Positions 18,755-27,249 of a stretch of DNA of 61,153 nt are shown here, piece after piece. The notes beneath the pieces are model-generated. The model was not told the DNA's origin. It saw only the letters and a list, made by a program, of their open reading frames with translations, and searched no databases. How positions within the stretch are numbered: position 1 is the first letter of the stretch; every line of letters begins with the position of its first letter. Source of the stretch: a virus (taxonomy: Duplodnaviria > Caudoviricetes); the IMG/VR virus record IMGVR_UViG_3300009788_000013, positions 1-61,153 of that record, one strand, 5' to 3'. Position numbers and translations under genes: made by a program.

Positions 18755-20093
18755 CCGGCTGCTCCTCTACCCGCTCAGGGAGTCGCATCCTGGCACGTAG
18801 GTGATTCTCTAGATTATCGTCTGGGAATATTGCTGCTCCCGATTGGGCAAGATTCTTGAGCGCCGCTGTCAGCCTCTCAATATCCTCACGTGCTACGCTC
18901 GCCGGTCGAATCCTCGGCAGGCCCGCTGCTGGATGCCAAGCATTAACGGCGAACAATCGAGGGACAGCATGGATGTTGATCACATCAGCTATCGACTCCA
19001 TCCACCCATCAAGAGACGCTTCAAATATCGATGTCTTGTCCGTAGACAGCGCTCTACTGCCAACCGACTCGTGTCCGAGTAGAATCCAGTCAGCAAGCAC
19101 CACGCCTGCGATAGCGCCGTTCTCACGGCGAATTACAACGGTCGTATCAAACTGCTTAGCACCTGGAGCTTTCACTAGCTCGAATTTATAGCTCGGCTCG
19201 TTCGAGTCCTCCTGAATATCAGAGGGTAGAACTATTCCCTCTTGATCATCACGGCGGATGTCTTTGATTATCCTCTTCCATTCAGCTAGCTCAGTCGCTT
19301 TCCCTGGAGCGTTCGAGTCAAACAGCTCCCCCGGAACTCTCAGCACCGGGTACCCTACTAGATCGCGCTCGATTCCGATAGCCTCAATTTCCCTAATGTG
19401 TTTCTTCGCATACCACGCGATGTATGCCCCTTCCAGCACCGATCGCCCCTCTGGGTTGTTCTTGTGGTGGCTGGTGTTGAACAGCAGCATATTCTCAATT
19501 GGGATCTGTACCAGCTGATTCGAGTTAGCATCCCTCTGCTCGACTCCATTCAATCCCCCTTCATCATCAAAGAGCCAGCGCTCTATCGTCTCAGCACTGC
19601 GAGGTGCAAACTTTCGCCAGCCAATCTTCCGATCAGTATGATTACTGCGCCGGGAGCCATCTGTTTCTTCAGGGCCGGATCTGAGCTTATAGACGATTTC
19701 GAATGTTTGAAATCCGAAAGTCAACATCCAGAGCACCTCCGATATGAAGGCAGTCCAGGTGTGCGACATATCGTCTTTGGCCGATTGGAGGAAGTCTGCC
19801 GCTTCAGTCGATTCTGGTGTCTCATCTACTGCCTCAACCACCCACTGCACCCGACGCATCATCATTTCGATCGCGTGCATAATCGAGGCTACGGTATCGT
19901 CGTAGAGCCTCATCTCACGATACGTTTCCCAGCGCCTAGTTTTTGAGCGTAGTTCACGGAGCGCCGTCTCATCAATCACTCCGAGATGATGTCGCAGCCC
20001 AGTGGATCCGATCTCAGCGGAGATACGTCCAGGTGCTGGAGGCACAGCTGGAGCTAATTTCTCGGTGAGCCATCGGCGAGCGGAATCTAGCAC
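18747..20093 (-). CDS. Portal protein (DUF935 / Mu gp29-like)
   Basis: EIGSTG, FGFQTFEIVY, NPEGRSVL, ERDLVGYP, GSRAL. Confidence 0.88.
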   Translation of the reverse strand: MLDSARRWLTEKLAPAVPPAPGRISAEIGSTGLRHHLGVIDETALRELRSKTRRWETYREMRLYDDTVASIMHAIEMMMRRVQWVVEAVDETPESTEAADFLQSAKDDMSHTWTAFISEVLWMLTFGFQTFEIVYKLRSGPEETDGSRRSNHTDRKIGWRKFAPRSAETIERWLFDDEGGLNGVEQRDANSNQLVQIPIENMLLFNTSHHKNNPEGRSVLEGAYIAWYAKKHIREIEAIGIERDLVGYPVLRVPGELFDSNAPGKATELAEWKRIIKDIRRDDQEGIVLPSDIQEDSNEPSYKFELVKAPGAKQFDTTVVIRRENGAIAGVVLADWILLGHESVGSRALSTDKTSIFEASLDGWMESIADVINIHAVPRLFAVNAWHPAAGLPRIRPASVAREDIERLTAALKNLAQSGAAIFPDDNLENHLRARMRLPERVEEQPGV

Positions 20094-20099
20094 TAGCTA

Positions 20100-20133
20100 A
20101 TCGTAGCCGAGAGGGGGGGGTTTGACCAAACGG
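20100..20133 (-). promoter_or_regulatory. Putative late promoter (head operon), leaderless
   Basis: CCGTTT-22 nt-TACGAT, 6 nt before the portal GTG. Confidence 0.6.
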
Positions 20134-20212
20134 ATGTATCCAGAGATAGGCCGTGAGGGCGCGAGGATGCGCTCTACGCTGTCTCTAGGGATCTAATAGG
20201 GGAAATATACGG

Positions 20213-20286
20213 GGGCGGCAGCTTTGCGGGCCGCCGCCCTTTTGGGGATGTGTCGGATATGGATGCCTGAAAAACACACCCGACAC
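20213..20286 (-). terminator. Tandem hairpins ending the early-island transcript
   Basis: 12-bp stem (20250-20286) and 10-bp GC stem (20213-20239), with G-U pairs on the minus-strand RNA. Confidence 0.5.
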
Positions 20287-20484
20287 CTCTATACTAGCAC
20301 ATCCGAGGTGAAAATGACGCAGGGCAGTAGAGGAAATGATCTCTGCCGCCCCACTTGCGACTGTTCGCTATCGATCCCATCTTAGCATATCCGAGACAGG
20401 AACGACTCAGGAACAGCGACTCTTTAGCTGTGAGCAATTCTACAACTCCATCAAGAGCGAGCCGCTGTTCCGTGAGGCTTTCCC

Positions 20485-20697
20485 TCACCCGTCGTTCATA
20501 GGCACCTCCTCTCCTGTTACCCTCTTGGTAGAGAGCTTGTGCCATGCTCCAGGCACGCGCTCAGACTTAGCGATTCCAGGACCGGGATAAGGAGCCTTAT
20601 ATGGCCAATGGTAATTCCAGACTCCGCCATCTTCGTCGAGAGCATACGGATCTTCGTTCGCTCCGCAGGTAATCTGGACGAACTTCGGTTGTTTCAC
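20485..20697 (-). CDS. Hypothetical protein
   Basis: FVQI...YALDEDGGVW; coupled to neighbours. Confidence 0.55.
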   Translation of the reverse strand: MKQPKFVQITCGANEDPYALDEDGGVWNYHWPYKAPYPGPGIAKSERVPGAWHKLSTKRVTGEEVPMNDG

Positions 20698-21023
20698 CGC
20701 TCCCTCCCATCGGCTGCCACAAGCACACGCTCTAGTTGCGGTATGAATTCACCGAAATCGTAAATTCCCCCTTCGGGCGAGTCTACAAACCGTAGCGCCT
20801 GAATGGCTCGCTCCAGCGCCTCATACATGGCCGGGGCCTGCGCGATCAGCCGGGCATTGTTGCGCTGCCATTTATTGTGGATTCTTTCATCCAGTACGGT
20901 TGCAATATGGTGCGGGGTGATGTCCCAGTTTCGTTTGTCCGGGGTGATGTACGCGCAGTGGCACTCGTCGTCTCTCTCTATGTGCCACGGCCCCGGCGTC
21001 CACTTCGGCTTGTCAGTGCTCAT
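20694..21023 (-). CDS. Phage TPGPW-motif hypothetical protein
   Basis: WTPGPW...NARLIAQAPAMYEAL. Confidence 0.75.
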   Translation of the reverse strand: MSTDKPKWTPGPWHIERDDECHCAYITPDKRNWDITPHHIATVLDERIHNKWQRNNARLIAQAPAMYEALERAIQALRFVDSPEGGIYDFGEFIPQLERVLVAADGRER

Positions 21024-21328
21024 CTTTTCTCCCTTCGTATCCTGTATTCAAACAGTCCACCATCCCCTATCCTGCGGCGCTCTATGTCATACCCTCCGAA
21101 GCGGCTCTTACGGAAATCTCGCAGCCGCGCCGAAACACTCGCCTCCGGGTATCCGAGCTGTAGACTAATCTCCCGCAGCGTGCGCCAATCCCCATCGATC
21201 ATCAAATCAAAGACTGCCTGAGCCTGCCGTCCGAGTCTAACTTGATCCTTTTCTGGCTCGTAGGTTGCGCCATCAAAATTCATATCATGGAATTGCTCAG
21301 ACCATGGAAATAGGCTGGGTTGCCTCAT
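21020..21328 (-). CDS. Winged-HTH DNA-binding protein
   Basis: WRTLREISLQLGYPEASVSARLRDFRK. Confidence 0.75.
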   Translation of the reverse strand: MRQPSLFPWSEQFHDMNFDGATYEPEKDQVRLGRQAQAVFDLMIDGDWRTLREISLQLGYPEASVSARLRDFRKSRFGGYDIERRRIGDGGLFEYRIRREKR

Positions 21329-21587
21329 GCTTCCCCTTCTGCTTCGCTCTCCAAGCCGCAACCGCTAACCGATTCTTGCACTTCGGGCAGGTTCCGCATT
21401 CGCACGTCCGGGGACGCCCACCCCCTCGGCGTCTCTTCGGCGTCCGGAGGTAGAGCGAGCGGATCTCGTGACAGATAGACTTGACTGTCCGGGCTGGGCC
21501 AAAAGGCCCGCCATCGCGCTGGAGCCCAACCTTTACAGCTTTCTCTAGATACGGCGCCTCTAATGCCGGTGGTAGTTTAGTTTTCAT
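21297..21587 (-). CDS. AT-hook / Zn-knuckle small protein
   Basis: GGRPRTCECGTCPKC. Confidence 0.6.
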   Translation of the reverse strand: MKTKLPPALEAPYLEKAVKVGLQRDGGPFGPARTVKSICHEIRSLYLRTPKRRRGGGRPRTCECGTCPKCKNRLAVAAWRAKQKGKHEATQPISMV

Positions 21588-21822
21588 ATTGGTTCCTCAC
21601 GTTACCATTCAATATTCGAAATAATCTAGTCAGTACTTGAATGGTAACCTCCGCTCCTTTGATCGATTTAAGCGCCAGATCTAGAGCCACTGCCGCCTCA
21701 TCTAGCTCCACCTCTAGTGCAGTGATACTCCGAGCCTGTGCTCCCTGGCCGTAGCAGTCACAGCCAGCATCGACGTTGCCGCAGCACGGACAGTATGGTT
21801 TGCTGTTGCTCATCGATTCCAA
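21577..21822 (-). CDS. Small Cys-motif coiled-coil protein
   Basis: CPCCG..CDC followed by heptads. Confidence 0.5.
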   Translation of the reverse strand: MESMSNSKPYCPCCGNVDAGCDCYGQGAQARSITALEVELDEAAVALDLALKSIKGAEVTIQVLTRLFRILNGNVRNQYEN

Positions 21823-22115
21823 GCCTCCTTCGTCCCGTAGCCGAGCTGGTGGCCCTCTATGAGGTAGAAGGCATCCTCGGGCGCTTCGTTGCTATAGCGC
21901 CGGGGCTTTGGCTGGTAGTGGCCGGGATTAACATATGGGGGGGGATCACCTTCGCCATCCCATTCCTCTTCGTTCTCCTCTTCGATGTCAGAGGCACAGA
22001 GCATATTGGCGACGGTGTTCTCAAACGGCCAGTTGTCCTGACTCATGATCCGAACTTCCATGCCCTCGTCCAAACCCTCAATAGCGTCTTTTAGATCTCT
22101 AATCGTCATGTTCAT
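21810..22115 (-). CDS. Acidic hypothetical protein
   Basis: MTIRDLKDAIE...EVRIMSQ-NWPFE...EG-QLGYG-K-AW; start placed downstream of the hammerhead. Confidence 0.65.
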   Translation of the reverse strand: MNMTIRDLKDAIEGLDEGMEVRIMSQDNWPFENTVANMLCASDIEEENEEEWDGEGDPPPYVNPGHYQPKPRRYSNEAPEDAFYLIEGHQLGYGTKEAWNR

Positions 22116-22127
22116 TTCCTTTCGGCT

Positions 22128-22181
22128 TCCTCCTACCCACCGGGTTTCGGGCGGGGGCCACCCGCCCATCATCAGGGAGGA
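22128..22181 (-). ncRNA. Type I hammerhead ribozyme
   Basis: UCCUCC-CUGAUGA-U-GGGCGGG(UGGCC)CCCGCCC-GAAA-CCC(GGU)GGG-UA-GGAGGA: full catalytic core and three paired stems. Confidence 0.88.
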
Positions 22182-22182
22182 T

Positions 22183-22878
22183 TTAGGCTGCTACCCCTTC
22201 GGCTATCCGTGCGAGCTTCTTATTTCTACCGGCATGAGATCTCATCTTCTGAGCCGCACCGATCGCACGATACCACCCGCAACCATCCAGATACTCGCTG
22301 AAATCACCAGGCCGCAGGTATTCGCCCGCTCGCTTCATGGCGAAGAATCGCTCATAGCGTTGTTCTACAGCAGTTCGTGCAGCTTCTACCAGATCCCAGT
22401 ACTGCTCCGCTTTGCCAGCAGCGTCGTGTGGTGTCTGCACGATCGGGATACCGCCAGCATCGACTACCACCCGCACCCAGGCTTGCGAACCATGATTGGC
22501 ACCGCCACATCGGCAGTCGCAGTTTGGCCCTCTCGCGAAAGTGCATCGGGCATCACATGGGCAGCGGTCCTCGTCACGAACTAACCGTGTCCGCTGTGTT
22601 CGCCCGAGGTATTCAATCCAACCATCACAAGCCCCACATTTCCCTTTCCGCCCGATACCCTGCTCATCGACGTACCAGGGTAACTCCTCATCGACGGTAA
22701 CGACTGACAAACAGTCATTGCAGCGATAGAAGTGGCGGGTTGTCATCTTTACTGGCGGAACGGGAGCTGCAACACTATCCTCAGTCCCCGCATCTGAAAA
22801 CAGGATGTCCAACAAGTCCTGTTGCGTGGGGCCAACTACTACTGGCCGTTTTACCTTTGCCGCGTTTACTTTTTCCAT
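22183..22878 (-). CDS. Cys-rich Zn-binding early protein
   Basis: CNDC, CGAC, CDARCTFARGPNCDCRCGGANHG. Confidence 0.7.
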   Translation of the reverse strand: MEKVNAAKVKRPVVVGPTQQDLLDILFSDAGTEDSVAAPVPPVKMTTRHFYRCNDCLSVVTVDEELPWYVDEQGIGRKGKCGACDGWIEYLGRTQRTRLVRDEDRCPCDARCTFARGPNCDCRCGGANHGSQAWVRVVVDAGGIPIVQTPHDAAGKAEQYWDLVEAARTAVEQRYERFFAMKRAGEYLRPGDFSEYLDGCGWYRAIGAAQKMRSHAGRNKKLARIAEGVAA

Positions 22879-22884
22879 ACTCTA

Positions 22885-22941
22885 ACTTTACTACATCCCT
22901 GTGTCATTGTAAAGCAAAATCGTACAATGCTAGCAAAATAA
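22885..22941 (-). promoter_or_regulatory. Early promoter plus operator
   Basis: TTTACA-17-TAAAGT, 6 nt before ATG; 18-bp ACAATGCTAGCAAAATAA at 22924-22941. Confidence 0.75.
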
Positions 22942-23136
22942 TTCCAAACTGCCCTGTCAACACGAATCCCGGGGGTACCCCCCCCCTTTCAGGTTGACGC
23001 TACAGGGGAGCTGAGGATCGCCCAGGGGAGCTTGCCTGTGCGAGGTAGACGGGAAACACTACCGAGGGGCCGAATGCCCCATACAGGCGATCCTGGGGCC
23101 TCTATCGCTATTCTGTAAGGCCCCAGGGATGGGTGA

Positions 23137-23655
23137 TCAGGCACCCAACAGCGTAGCCACGCGACCAGCAATCCGTACCGCCTGATCCCAGTCCCAACAT
23201 TTTGCCAGCGCGAGTACCTGGCGAATAGGCTCTTTCGGCTTCAGAGCATCCCCACGGTTAATCGCATCCACATGGATATAATATCCCTCACTCCCGCCCG
23301 TGACTGGATACACTGCAATCCAGCTAGCGCGATGGGGCCATGGCGAGTCAGCGCCAACAGATTGAACAGGCCCGTATGTGGAAGTCTCACCATAGCTGTT
23401 ATCGAATCCGTATTCATCAGGTGTGTTGCCCTCTGCTTCCAGGATTGCGTTTAGCTGCCCTAGCACGTTCCGCACGGTTCGATGATCTTCGCGTACCGTG
23501 ATCATCAATTCTGGATCAAAGTCACACTGGCGACATCTACCAGCTGCTTCCTCCCACTGCTCAAAACAGCCCATCGGTGTCTCATACCAGACTTCCGACA
23601 GGATCACTTTCGCAGCATCAATCCGGGAGCCGCTACCGGTACAAGTTACGATCAT
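23137..23655 (-). CDS. Hypothetical protein
   Basis: SD GGAGG; VTGGSEGYYIHVD motif. Confidence 0.65.
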   Translation of the reverse strand: MIVTCTGSGSRIDAAKVILSEVWYETPMGCFEQWEEAAGRCRQCDFDPELMITVREDHRTVRNVLGQLNAILEAEGNTPDEYGFDNSYGETSTYGPVQSVGADSPWPHRASWIAVYPVTGGSEGYYIHVDAINRGDALKPKEPIRQVLALAKCWDWDQAVRIAGRVATLLGA

Positions 23656-23711
23656 TTCTGATCACCTCCACCCACTGCGCGCCCCCAGTCAAGCGCAGTC
23701 GGCGCGGGCGA

Positions 23712-24611
23712 TCAGGCTGCTACCGCCTTCACTGCGGCCCGCTTCTGCATCCAGTCACATGCCTGCTGCGCCTTCGATGCTGCTATAAAGATGGCCTTCT
23801 TATCGGCCTTCAGAACTCGGAGCCAGTGCTGGATGTACTGGGCGTGATCTTCCCGAGGCTCGCTGCTCAGGCCGAGGTGATTACAAGTGAAGGCCGCGCC
23901 TAACTCTGCAATCAACTCCTCAGCTGCGTAAGCGTCATCCCCGAACCGCTTTCCAAGCTGCCGATCGCATCGACTCGCCTCTGATGTCCAGTGCACTATT
24001 TCGTGCGCCAGAGTCGAGTAGTAGTCAGTATTTGAATTGAAATCATTGAATGCCGGCATCGTGATCTCATCCAGCATCTCTGAGTAGCAGGCTCGGCCCC
24101 CACCATGCTGCACCGGAGCGCCTGTAGCGGAGAAGAATTCGTCGGCCTCGGCGATGTGCTCGTTGGGCTCTTTCTCGATCCGCTCCGGTGCTTCATACCC
24201 GTCTACCTGGGCTGCGTTGAAAACTGAGTAGCCGCGCACGAATAGGAGCCGAGATCGGGACTGAACCTCTTCACTATCCTCGGCCTCATCCTTCGTCTTC
24301 GTATCGGCGAACTTCCAGAGCACTATGAGCGTGGCTTTCTCTCCCTTACGAACCTGAGCGCCTTTCGTTTTCCACTGCTTATACGTCCCCCATTCGCCGC
24401 TGTCGTAGCCCTTGGCTGCTGCTGCTGCCATCAGGCAGAGAGTGTTGATCCCTCGGTAGGGGTGCTTGCTCGTGACGTTGGCCGGGGCCATCGCCCCAGT
24501 CGAGTGCCAGGGCATCTTCCATTTGCCTACGCCGTTCTCAATCGCTGCGATGATCTGATCGGTGACTCGCTGGTAGACATCCTGTTTGCTTGCCGCGTTT
24601 CGTTGTTCCAT
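23712..24611 (-). CDS. ardC: ArdC-like antirestriction ssDNA-binding protein (N-terminal domain plus MPTase)
   Basis: W-MPW, Y-GIN, TYKQW, VRKGEK, VFNAAQVDG, HEIVHWT, YAAEELIAELGAAF, YIQHWL. Confidence 0.92.
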   Translation of the reverse strand: MEQRNAASKQDVYQRVTDQIIAAIENGVGKWKMPWHSTGAMAPANVTSKHPYRGINTLCLMAAAAAKGYDSGEWGTYKQWKTKGAQVRKGEKATLIVLWKFADTKTKDEAEDSEEVQSRSRLLFVRGYSVFNAAQVDGYEAPERIEKEPNEHIAEADEFFSATGAPVQHGGGRACYSEMLDEITMPAFNDFNSNTDYYSTLAHEIVHWTSEASRCDRQLGKRFGDDAYAAEELIAELGAAFTCNHLGLSSEPREDHAQYIQHWLRVLKADKKAIFIAASKAQQACDWMQKRAAVKAVAA

Positions 24612-24617
24612 ATTTAT

Positions 24618-24674
24618 ATATTACAATATGGCTCAGGAGATGTAAAGCGAAAAACAACAATGCTAGCAAAATAA
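24618..24674 (-). promoter_or_regulatory. Early promoter plus operator
   Basis: TTTACA-17-TAATAT, 6 nt before the ardC ATG; identical 18-bp site at 24657-24674. Confidence 0.78.
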
Positions 24675-24775
24675 ATCTAGATCGCTGAGAATCGCCCAGG
24701 GACGTTCGCCTATGGTAGGGTATGGGAAACCACTACCGAGAAGTCAGAATCGCTCTAGGAGTGATCCTAGGGGCT

Positions 24776-26098
24776 CTAGCGGCGCTCGTAGCCGGACTGA
24801 TGATCATCTTTGGGGATGAACAGCGGCCCAACTACCACTGGCCGGCGACGGCGCACGAGGAGCTTTGACAGCGCGTACACCATGGCGTCTACCCGATCCG
24901 GGGATTTCCCATCAACGTGGGGCTGCCACGTGCACATCTGAGCTTCGAGCATCGGCATCGATCCGATATGGTGGATTCTTCCCTGCTCGTAGAGCATCTG
25001 GATCGGTTCAGCCCTTGCCTGTTTTCCTCTGCTCGCATGGATCAACGATATTGGCAGTTTGCCGCCCGCCCCATTGATCGTGTCGCGTACCATTTCCCCA
25101 CCCTGATTTTTTTCCGCTACGATCACATCAGCATCCCAGCTCTCATAGAGATCACGAGTCCGACGCCCCCATGCTGACGGCATCATTTTGCCGCTCGCGT
25201 CGTGCAGGATATACCCGTCCCCGTCCACGCCTTCACCCGCTACGATGATCCCTGCCTCATCCGCCCCTTCCCCGTCGCTCAGGCTCGGATCAACAGCGAT
25301 TACGATCCTCTTCAGCTCCGGGGCTTGATTCACTCGATACCGATCAATTAGGGCATTACTCCACAAGGCCCCCGGCATATCCTCTAGCAGCTCTCCAAGG
25401 AGTTCCTGCTGAGCAAGGCTCGTCCCCTCATATTGCTCGATGAACTCCGCGAAGCTCGCGCCCAGGTTCGCCAGATTCTCGTAGGTGGTTCCCCTAGTGG
25501 TGACAGTGTGAGGTGAGTCTAGGATAGCTCTCAGCTTCGGAATCGGCTTTGGTGTCGTCGCTACCATACACTGGGCCTTGCCAAGTCGCAGGGCCAACAT
25601 CAGCGTGTCCCAGAGGTTATTTGCTCCGGGGCTCGCTAGATACCGACACGCCGCCAGCTCATCGATCCATGCCCAGTGGAACTGAGGACCGCGAAGGCGC
25701 TCTGGTGTATCGCCCGAGTAGATCTTCGCCAGTGATCCATTCTTGAATTTCAATTCCCCCAATGAGCGGTTCCAGTCTGTAATCATCCCAGGAGCGAGTA
25801 CTGACAGCAGCCCAGATGATCCTTCCACACACACATCACGGGCCGAGGTAAATGTGGGTGCGACGATTGCTGCTCGCTGCTCAGGCTCACCGACTAACCG
25901 GAGAGCAGTCTCCTCAGCCCCGCTTCGGGTTTTTCCGGTTCCCCTTCCCGCTAAGAAGATCCACGTGCGCCACGGCTGTTCCGTTCGTGGGGGGAGCTGA
26001 TTCGACCTTGCCTGTAATCTCCAGCGGAGGCGGTATTTTGCCTGGGTGTCCAGGTTGCGCCAGTCCTTGCTCGGCGAAGAGTCTGGTGATCTGGGCAT
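24776..26098 (-). CDS. terL: Terminase large subunit
   Basis: AGRGTGKT, RLRGPQF, WIDE, ATTP, IAVDP, SPDRVDA. Confidence 0.95.
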   Translation of the reverse strand: MPRSPDSSPSKDWRNLDTQAKYRLRWRLQARSNQLPPRTEQPWRTWIFLAGRGTGKTRSGAEETALRLVGEPEQRAAIVAPTFTSARDVCVEGSSGLLSVLAPGMITDWNRSLGELKFKNGSLAKIYSGDTPERLRGPQFHWAWIDELAACRYLASPGANNLWDTLMLALRLGKAQCMVATTPKPIPKLRAILDSPHTVTTRGTTYENLANLGASFAEFIEQYEGTSLAQQELLGELLEDMPGALWSNALIDRYRVNQAPELKRIVIAVDPSLSDGEGADEAGIIVAGEGVDGDGYILHDASGKMMPSAWGRRTRDLYESWDADVIVAEKNQGGEMVRDTINGAGGKLPISLIHASRGKQARAEPIQMLYEQGRIHHIGSMPMLEAQMCTWQPHVDGKSPDRVDAMVYALSKLLVRRRRPVVVGPLFIPKDDHQSGYERR

Positions 26099-26558
26099 CT
26101 ATGTCTACCTGTCCAGCGTGAACTGTCACATCTAGTCTACCGCCAGCGTCTAGGCCCAGCAATGTGGCCCGCCTGGCTTCAGCGGCAATCACTGCCATTG
26201 CAGCTCGGATCTGCTCAGAGGGCGTCCCACTCCGAACGATCGCCATCATGTCCAGCTCAATCCGCAGGAGCCTCATGTCCATCATTTGAACGATCTGCTC
26301 TGCTGTCTCCCTGGTATGCCGGATCACGTTGTCCAACTGGCGAGTGACTCGCTGGTAAGCGGTGGATAATGAGCAGTTCTGGGTGGAGGCGATCTCCTGA
26401 AATGAGGCCCCGTCTCGGCGGTGGTTGAGGGCTTGAAGTTCCAGCTCAACCTTCGTGATCAGTTTTTCTTTGATGCGGCCCTTGACCTTGGGCTGGTTTT
26501 TCTTCTTGCCCTTATCAGCACCGGGCTTCGGCTTTGGGCTGGCTCGTTTTTTAGTCAC
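25914..26558 (-). CDS. terS: Terminase small subunit (HTH)
   Basis: HTH GASFQEIA..STAYQRV, RRATLLGLDA; immediately upstream of terL. Confidence 0.7.
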   Translation of the reverse strand: MTKKRASPKPKPGADKGKKKNQPKVKGRIKEKLITKVELELQALNHRRDGASFQEIASTQNCSLSTAYQRVTRQLDNVIRHTRETAEQIVQMMDMRLLRIELDMMAIVRSGTPSEQIRAAMAVIAAEARRATLLGLDAGGRLDVTVHAGQVDIDAQITRLFAEQGLAQPGHPGKIPPPLEITGKVESAPPTNGTAVAHVDLLSGKGNRKNPKRG

Positions 26559-26585
26559 TACGCCATTCCCCTAGGTATACCGGTA

Positions 26586-26619
26586 ATAGTAGCATATACC
26601 GGATATCGTAGGGAAACGG
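26586..26619 (-). promoter_or_regulatory. Putative late promoter (terminase operon)
   Basis: CCGTTT-22 nt-TACTAT; the -10 box is flanked by CCGGTATA direct repeats. Confidence 0.55.
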
Positions 26620-26620
26620 T

Positions 26621-27220
26621 TCAATCATCGCTAGCCGATGCTAATAGCGCCATCTCCCATCGGACCTTCGGCGCTGCATCTACTTCGATGCTGTTGATGT
26701 TCCAGCGGTACTTCCTCTGTGTTCCCGCCCGATTCCCGCTTCGATCCCGTATCCGAGGCTTGGAGACGAACGCCTTTCTCCACCCAGCCGCTCTATAAAT
26801 CGTCCCAGTGTGAACTTCAAGATCCTGATACGCAATACACATCTCTCGCTCCGGGTGCGAACGGCGAAACCAGCGCACCATCCAACCGAGAAACCGCGAG
26901 GCCGTGTTTTTAGGAGCATCAGGCGCACAGGCCATTCGCCTTAGTTCAAGCCAGTGCTGCGGAAGACATCGTCCGCTTGGTGTGTTCCATAGAGCTACAG
27001 CGTAAGTGAGATCACCGCGCCGTGCGTGAAACGCAAACTGCCACGGCCCGTCTTGCACATTCGGTAGGCGTGAATGCCACAATCTGACCAGGGAGGTCGC
27101 ATGGGGCCTCGGGCAACGCTCAAAGACCAAATCCCGAGCATGGAGCGTGGAGGTTGGACTCGAACCACCATCCCCCGTCTGGAATAACGGGAATGCTACC
27201 CTTGCACCATCCACGCTCAT
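26621..27220 (-). CDS. mom: Mom-like GNAT DNA adenine hypermodification enzyme
   Basis: WHSRLP, LELRRMA, PKNTASRFL, IAYQD..HTGTIYRAAGW. Confidence 0.75.
   Translation of the reverse strand: MSVDGARVAFPLFQTGDGGSSPTSTLHARDLVFERCPRPHATSLVRLWHSRLPNVQDGPWQFAFHARRGDLTYAVALWNTPSGRCLPQHWLELRRMACAPDAPKNTASRFLGWMVRWFRRSHPEREMCIAYQDLEVHTGTIYRAAGWRKAFVSKPRIRDRSGNRAGTQRKYRWNINSIEVDAAPKVRWEMALLASASDD
27141..27216 (-). tRNA. tRNA-Gly(UCC)-like element embedded in the 5' coding region of mom
   Basis: Acceptor GCGUGGA/UCCACGC, U73, CCA; D-arm GUGC(AAGGGUA)GCAU; anticodon stem CCCGU/ACGGG with 8-nt loop UAUUCCAG; T-arm GGUGG(UUCGAGU)CC(A)ACC. Confidence 0.8.
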
Positions 27221-27249
27221 ATACCCCTCATCTGATCCGCAACTGCTAA

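Noticed and set aside
21810-22172. Long N-terminus (MMGGWPPPETRW...) of ORF 21810-22172
   Set aside because: It coincides with the hammerhead core; the SD-supported start is at 22115 or 22109
23656-23711. Second ribozyme after ardC
   Set aside because: A GC hairpin (ACUGCGC/GCGCAGU) is present, but I could fit no hammerhead, HDV or twister core
27141-27216. Ordinary decoding tRNA-Gly or attP remnant
   Set aside because: 8-nt anticodon loop, bulged T-stem, in-frame overlap with a CDS and no integrase; kept as a tRNA-like element instead
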